From contig JADFSZ010000119.1 of assembly GCA_022560555.1 (NCBI GenBank), positions 1 through 5,658 on the forward strand: DNA of 5,658 nucleotides, given 5' to 3'. Shown here piece after piece: positions 5,587 through 5,658 of the stretch. Below the pieces are notes generated by a model. That model worked only from the letters and a program-made list of their open reading frames with translations. It did no database searches and was not told the DNA's origin. Source of the DNA: PVC group bacterium (GTDB lineage Bacteria; GCA-001730085; JADFSZ01). Position 1 is the stretch's first letter; each line of letters opens with the position of its first letter. The position numbers were made by a program, and so were the translations under genes.

Positions 5587-5658
5587 ATGGAAAAAAGCAC
5601 ATATATAAAAGACTTCAATGTTGGAAAGCGGGTTAAAGATGGTATTCTATTAAAGTAT
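5587..5658 (+). CDS. 5' end of an unidentified CDS running off the window (24 codons: MEKSTYIKDFNVGKRVKDGILLKY); possibly an OB-fold N-terminus
   Basis: The ATG lies 10 nt after the upstream stop, with a weak AGGGT upstream, and the frame is open to the window edge. The pattern I-K-D-f-x-V-G-x-x-V-x-g-h-h-h-K resembles the start of OB-fold nucleic-acid-binding proteins such as YhaM-type OB/HD exoribonucleases. 24 residues are too few for an assignment. Confidence 0.4.
   Translation, partial: MEKSTYIKDFNVGKRVKDGILLKY

Noticed and set aside
1-5658. A novel multi-gene system (defence, toxin-antitoxin, secretion, biosynthetic cluster) in this window
   Set aside because: Every long ORF is a recognisable housekeeping protein of normal length with intact motifs. 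There are no unassigned large ORFs, strand switches or mobility genes, so claiming a new protein system here would be unsupported.

Overview
The window is an all-plus-strand, tightly packed housekeeping locus. It holds the type II fatty-acid synthase core operon fabH (5'-truncated by the window edge)-fabD-fabG-acpP-fabF. A PilT/PilU-family ATPase that looks PilU-like follows with no recognisable terminator, and then the first 24 codons of another gene. All five fab products show their textbook catalytic motifs and normal lengths. I see no tRNA or rRNA, CRISPR array, transposase or integrase, defence or toxin genes, and no convincing multi-gene novel system. The only stretch not explained by coding is the 205-bp fabH-fabD spacer (956-1160); the other junctions are 10-48 bp. 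This spacer contains three things. First, a perfect 23-bp palindrome abuts the fabH stop codon. Second, directly next to it lies a 121-bp imperfect inverted repeat, or long hairpin (979-1099), whose arms are opposed arrays of 7-nt repeats (TTCGGAG-like on the left, CTCCGAA-like on the right). Third, a 19-codon uORF has a stop codon that overlaps the SD-less GTG start of fabD. This spacer is the best candidate for something undescribed, either a cis-regulatory or processing RNA or a MITE-like insertion. The PilU-like ATPase fused into the fab transcription unit is a secondary synteny oddity. All minus-strand ORFs in the track are shadows of the plus-strand genes. The source organism cannot be assigned from this window.
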